NCBI GenBank assembly: GCA_964252035.1
Contig: OZ176204.1
Source: Podarcis erhardii
Lineage: Eukaryota
DNA: 64,000 nt
Reading direction: 5' to 3' (one strand)
Shown here: positions 61,797 through 64,000 of the stretch, piece after piece
Numbering within the stretch: position 1 is the first letter of the stretch
Layout of the letters: the number at the start of each line of letters is the position of its first letter
Notes under the pieces: generated by a model
Databases searched by the model: none
What the model was told of the DNA's origin: nothing
What the model saw: the letters and a program-made list of their open reading frames with translations, nothing else
Made by a program: the position numbers and the translations under genes

Positions 61797-62008
61797 AGGG
61801 TTACTGAGTAACCTTTCAAATTAAATAAGTTTAAACACTACCAGAAAGAAAGAAAGAAAGAAAAGCTGAGCCAACTATAAACACTCAATTTTTGTATGTT
61901 TTCCAAATTGTATGTATTAATGCTTTTGATACTGTATTATGTGCCAATAGTTTCCCAATCACATAGCAAGCAAAGATATTTTGTACTTTTTGATCCACTG
62001 TAATATTT

Positions 62009-62014
62009 AATAAA
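62009..62014 (+). terminator. Candidate major polyadenylation signal AATAAA
   Basis: Preceded by TGTA elements and followed by U-rich sequence (TGTTTCCTTTTATGTTT). Confidence 0.6.
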
Positions 62015-64000
62015 AAATGTTACTATCTGTTTCCTTTTATGTTTAATACATTTGTAAACAGTTTTTTTTTTATCACCCAAGGGATTTCTGTATTCAACCC
62101 TTTTAACCTCTCAGCAGCAGCAGTCTGGGGACAGCTCGGTCCCCATGCCGAGAGTCAGATGAAAGAAAGGCAAGGTCGCAGTTTATCGGGAGAGAGAAGT
62201 TTGTTTACATATAGTCATCTTCATAGATGGAGGAATGGGGCTGGAAAGTTCTGTGTGCATTGAAAACGAAAGATAAAACCTCTAGCCCAAAGATAGCTTC
62301 AATTTTATGAGTAGAAAAGTGAAATTCTGCAACCTATAAACATTCTGCAACACAAGTCACACATATTTGCATAATCCATAGATTCCATAGAACTACTTCG
62401 CATAACTTATTCTGGTGTTGACAATTGTGGGGAGATACTGTACTTGGTATTCTTTGATGGAAGTCAACGGATAAGAAGCTGACCTCCATTGATAACTTCA
62501 GGCTGAAGAAGAGATTTTCATGCTTTCAGAGGCATTAATCATGGGAAAGGGGATCTAATTTGTTTTAAAGCTTAGCTGGCTAAGTTTACAAAGAGCTACA
62601 TGTAAGCTGTAATGCGGGTCGTACCCTTTACTGGGTACAAGGGGATCCTCAGAGCATTCCCAAAGGCAAATGGCAGGATTCCCTGTCTGCTACGCAGCAC
62701 CATGTGAGTGTGGATCTAGTCTTTTAAGAAACAAACGAGGCTTTGTTCTTACGCAATGTCTTCCATCAAAGGCTCTGAAATAACATGGTAAATATTGCAC
62801 AAGTATGTACAGGCAGTCAAACTGACACTTGAGTAACCTGGATTTACCAAGGACCAGTAAGGCTAAGATAAAAGAGAACATTATCTCACATCATGAGTCA
62901 ATCAGTGCACTACACACAAAAAATATTGACCAGCCTGACAAAACGCTGTCGGATAACAACCCCAAATCAAATCTTCATTGTCTCAATTGCAGGGCTTAAC
63001 AAAAATAATTACTAAGCACATTACTGTTAAAAACAAAGCAAAAAAAAAACCCCTGCCATTACAGTATCAATAACTTATTCTCAAGAAAAAAAAGCAGTGG
63101 AATCTCACCTCGATTAGGCCACAACATGGGTTTCCAGGTATTTGCTACTCCGACAGCAAGCCATGCCCAAAACAATGTCAGAATATGCATCCTAAAAAAC
63201 ATCATTTCAAGGCGATCAGCAAAATTTAAGTAGTTACAGAATTACTGTTTTCCTAGGCCTTTCATGTTAATAAACTCAGTACAGTACTGCAGTAAGATTA
63301 AACCATCTAATGATTTTGGGCCATGCAGTCTGATCACATCAGTGGGCCCCCAAATTATTTGTCATATTTTTTTTTATTCACTACATTTGATGCCCTACCT
63401 TTCTGCCAAAAAGCATATGGATCTGCTTCCCTTTTCTCCTGCACCAATCTTTTCTCTTTTTTATCATCTTCAAAACAATGCTATGCTGCAGATTAGGCTG
63501 AAAGACCTCACTGGTTGCTGGATTGTGGCTATTCTGGTGCATAAAAAGTGGAAACGTTTGGCCACAAGATGGCATCATGCACATTTTTTGCCCTGTGACC
63601 AACAAAAACACCAGCCAACCAGACCCCTTTGGGAGAAAGACTTTTACTACTTCTTTTCTGAAACCTGTAATCGTTTTCAGAATGTTTGATTCCCCAGACA
63701 CGTTTTAAAATGTAAAGAACACCTCAATCTGGCGAGGGAAATCCATGTGCACAAGCAGCACATCTGAATGCCACTGCACAGCTGTGGGCACATTCCCTAG
63801 CCCATCTCACAATGCTCATTCAGGCCTCATTGATATGACTGGATGCACATCCCTGTACCCAGAGCCACCCGTTGGTGTACACGATTTGTTTCGCTCACAT
63901 CTGGAGCTGGCCCACAGCCAGCCCTTTCAGAGATTTCTGAATGGGCAAGAGCTGGCCTGTTTAACCATTAAAGACAGAAGAGACAGCATGCATGTGCTTA

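Larger units (their letters stand above)
56202..62035 (+). other. ARID5B: Inferred ARID5B 3'UTR (~5.8 kb)
   Basis: Runs from the stop codon to an AU-rich block with AATAAA at 62009-62014 and downstream U-rich sequence. End point is inferred. Confidence 0.55.

Noticed and set aside
62040-64000. Exons of a downstream gene (RTKN2 is the neighbour in mammals)
   Set aside because: No recognisable coding exon on either strand; ORFs 63264-63689 and 63381-63701 look non-coding.

Overview
Vertebrate genomic DNA, most likely a lacertid lizard (inferred from Sauria-type SINEs with ACCTTT tails). It holds the 3' part of ARID5B (MRF2/Desrt) on the + strand: six coding exons matching human exons 5-10 (6735-6847, 16703-16910, 20255-20307, 28942-29039, 48941-49139, 54060-56201). 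A 4-nt coding alternative first exon (ATGG|GT, 5377-5380) gives a 938-aa short isoform starting MAPNLKGRPRKKK. An inferred ~5.8-kb 3'UTR ends near AATAAA 62009. Introns carry many small non-autonomous transposons (TA-flanked Tc1/mariner-type MITEs, 8-bp-TSD hAT MITEs, Sauria SINEs, tRNA/CR1-tail SINEs) and one 147-N assembly gap. The most striking non-genic feature is a TSD-flanked, Penelope-like element in intron 5 (15305-15560): a perfect 101-bp inverted repeat with a minimal hammerhead-ribozyme motif on each strand. Also notable: uORFs overlapping the short-isoform start, a possible in-frame alternative acceptor adding 85 aa before the ARID domain, and a fold-back MITE in the 3'UTR. Most other ORFs in the track are chance intronic ORFs. 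All family assignments are from recognition by eye; no searches were run.
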